From Squalus acanthias (Eukaryota): a stretch of 64,000 nucleotides of DNA. The position numbers were made by a program, and so were the translations under genes. Location: the NCBI GenBank assembly GCA_030390025.1, contig JASTWF010000350.1, positions 124,001 to 188,000 on the forward strand. The letters run 5' to 3'. The first letter of the stretch is position 1, and each line of letters opens with the position of its first letter. The notes beneath the pieces are model-generated. The model did not search any database. It worked only from the letters and a program-made list of their open reading frames with translations, and was not told the DNA's origin. Below are positions 62,243-64,000 of this stretch, piece after piece.

Positions 62243-63140
62243 GGGCTCGATTTTAATAGCCCTGAGGAGGCGGGATTGTTGGCGGATTGGCAGCGAAAAT
62301 CGGAAAAATTGGCTTCAGACACCCAACCCGCCCCCACGCAATTTTCGTGAGTGTCTGTTCAGCCGCTCCCAAACTGACCCGACTGGAACCAGTGGGACAG
62401 GTAGTTAAGGCAGTTAAGAGCCTGTTAACTGCCTTGCTAATCCTATTTTTTATAGTGGTTTCCCATTTTCGTGCTTCTAGCTTCTGTTTCCCGTCTTGTC
62501 AGAAACAGGCCAGCTGCAAGGAGACGAGTTTCTCGAGGACACGATTTGTAGTCATTGATGCAGCACTTTAAAAGCGCTCCTGTAACATGGCTGACATTCA
62601 AATGCAACAACTTTGTTGTTGGAGGTTTGGGATAAGATTTTGCAAATCTACTGACCTTGTGACTGTTCAAGCTGACACCCATCTGCAGTGTTACCTGATT
62701 GGAATAATTTCAGGCCACTTTGAGTGTGCGCTTGCGAGCTTCTTGCCTCAACTGAAATCTATAGCAACGGGATGGGAACCATTTACATCCTCTCATCCTG
62801 GTCATCAGATTCGGAGGATGAACAGCCGCGGCAGCACCACAACCAGCCACAACAGCAGCACCAGCACCAGGAGTGCCAACCTCCTCCTCACCCACCTGAT
62901 GATGCACTGGACACAGGGCATCAGCCCCTGACAAAATTGCTGGCCGGGAGGCCAGCGATGGCATCACCATGGCCACATTTTCTTCTCTCGATGCTGTAAA
63001 CCCTGGCTGCCACATGATACACCAGGTTGACACCATCCCATACCAGCACCGTGAAGCATCCCTTTAATGTCCAAGCCATTCCATGCACACACATCACTAT
63101 AGCGGGGTGGGGTTATGACTGAATAATCACTGGAACTCAG
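62243..63140 (+). mobile_element. Probable left end of another degenerate Harbinger-like element
   Basis: The CR1 stops abruptly at GGGCTCGATTTT, a G-rich terminus like the other Harbingers here; GC-rich subterminal region; the other end is not in the window. Confidence 0.4.
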
Positions 63141-63155
63141 TAAGACACTTCTCAA

Positions 63156-63814
63156 ATAACAACAGAGAACGCTGGAAAAACTCAGCAGGCGAGGCGTTCA
63201 GTCCGTAAGGGGGACCCCGAGCTCCCGGTGGCCTGTCACTTTAATTCACCGCTTCACTCCCACTCTGACCTCACCGTCCTCGGCCTAATACACTGTTCCA
63301 CGGAAGCGCAACGTAAGCTCGAGGAACAGCACCTCATCTTTCGTTTAGGCACGCTACAGCCCTCTGGACTCAATATCGAGTTCAACAATTTTAGATCATA
63401 ACCTTAGCCCCATCACATTTATATTTTATTTTCTCATCCACCCTTTTATTTGCCTCCCCCCCTTTTTTTTTTCCTCCTAGAAGCTGGCAGCTGTCCTTCA
63501 TTCTGCCATTGCATTTCACACTTCTTTCAGCCTTAACCTGTCACATTAACACCACCTCTTGCCTTGAATATCTCTTAATGTCTCTTAATGTCTCTTAATC
63601 TCTCCTTTTGTTCTTTTATCCCCTCCCCTTTTCCCAGCTTTATCCTTGCTTTAAATCTATTTGATTTCCTGCTGTCTCCAGTTCTGATGAAAGGTCTTCG
63701 ACCTGAAACGTTAACTCTGTTTGTCTCTCCACGGATGCTGCCTCGCCTGCTGAGTTTTTCCAGCGTTTTCTGTTGTTATTTCGGATTTCCAGCATCTGCA
63801 GTATTTTGCTATCA
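63156..63814 (+). mobile_element. 5'-truncated Penelope-like element (GIY-YIG C-terminus + pLTR) with inverted 5' pLTR piece
   Basis: 63195-63401 encodes PVACHFN...RKLEEQHLIFRLGTLQPSGLN; 15-bp TSD TAAGACACTTCTCAA (63141-63155, 63815-63829). Confidence 0.88.
63680..63716 (+). ncRNA. Minimal hammerhead-ribozyme-like motif in the Penelope pLTR
   Basis: AGTT-CTGATGA-A-AGGTC(TTC)GACCT-GAAAC-GTT-AACT. Confidence 0.65.
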
Positions 63815-64000
63815 TAAGACACTTCTCAATGTGCGCTCAGATCTGTCCAATAAGGGGCACTTTTTGGAAAAAGATATTTCACTGTATGACAACACATTAC
63901 CAGAAACTTCACATAGACATTGGCTAAACCTCTCAAGTGCCTACCCTTGTGTGTTGTTAGTTGGTATGCTTGCAGTAGGATGAGGGTGAGTGTGAGAGGT

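Overview
Vertebrate genomic DNA, probably a cartilaginous fish (inferred from the repeat types: esterase-type CR1 LINEs with (TTCTATGA/GT)n tails, Deu-type SINEs, many Harbingers, Penelope fragments). The window is almost entirely nested transposable elements and tandem repeats; no host protein-coding gene could be supported. Contents: about a dozen CR1 copies (one full-length, one with an intact ORF2); a second CR1-group LINE family, one copy of which starts with a tRNA-like Pol III head and has no ORF1; a full-length 4.1-kb Harbinger with an intact transposase plus several non-autonomous relatives; two solo LTRs; Penelope-like fragments, one with a hammerhead-like motif; 18-, 33- and 35-bp minisatellites; and a recent ~6.4-kb tandem duplication. 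The most interesting signal is a U_UUA_AAC slippery heptamer directly before the ORF1 stop in two divergent CR1 families, with ORF2 open in the -1 frame, which suggests programmed -1 ribosomal frameshifting. All comparisons were made by eye, and boundaries without TSDs are approximate.
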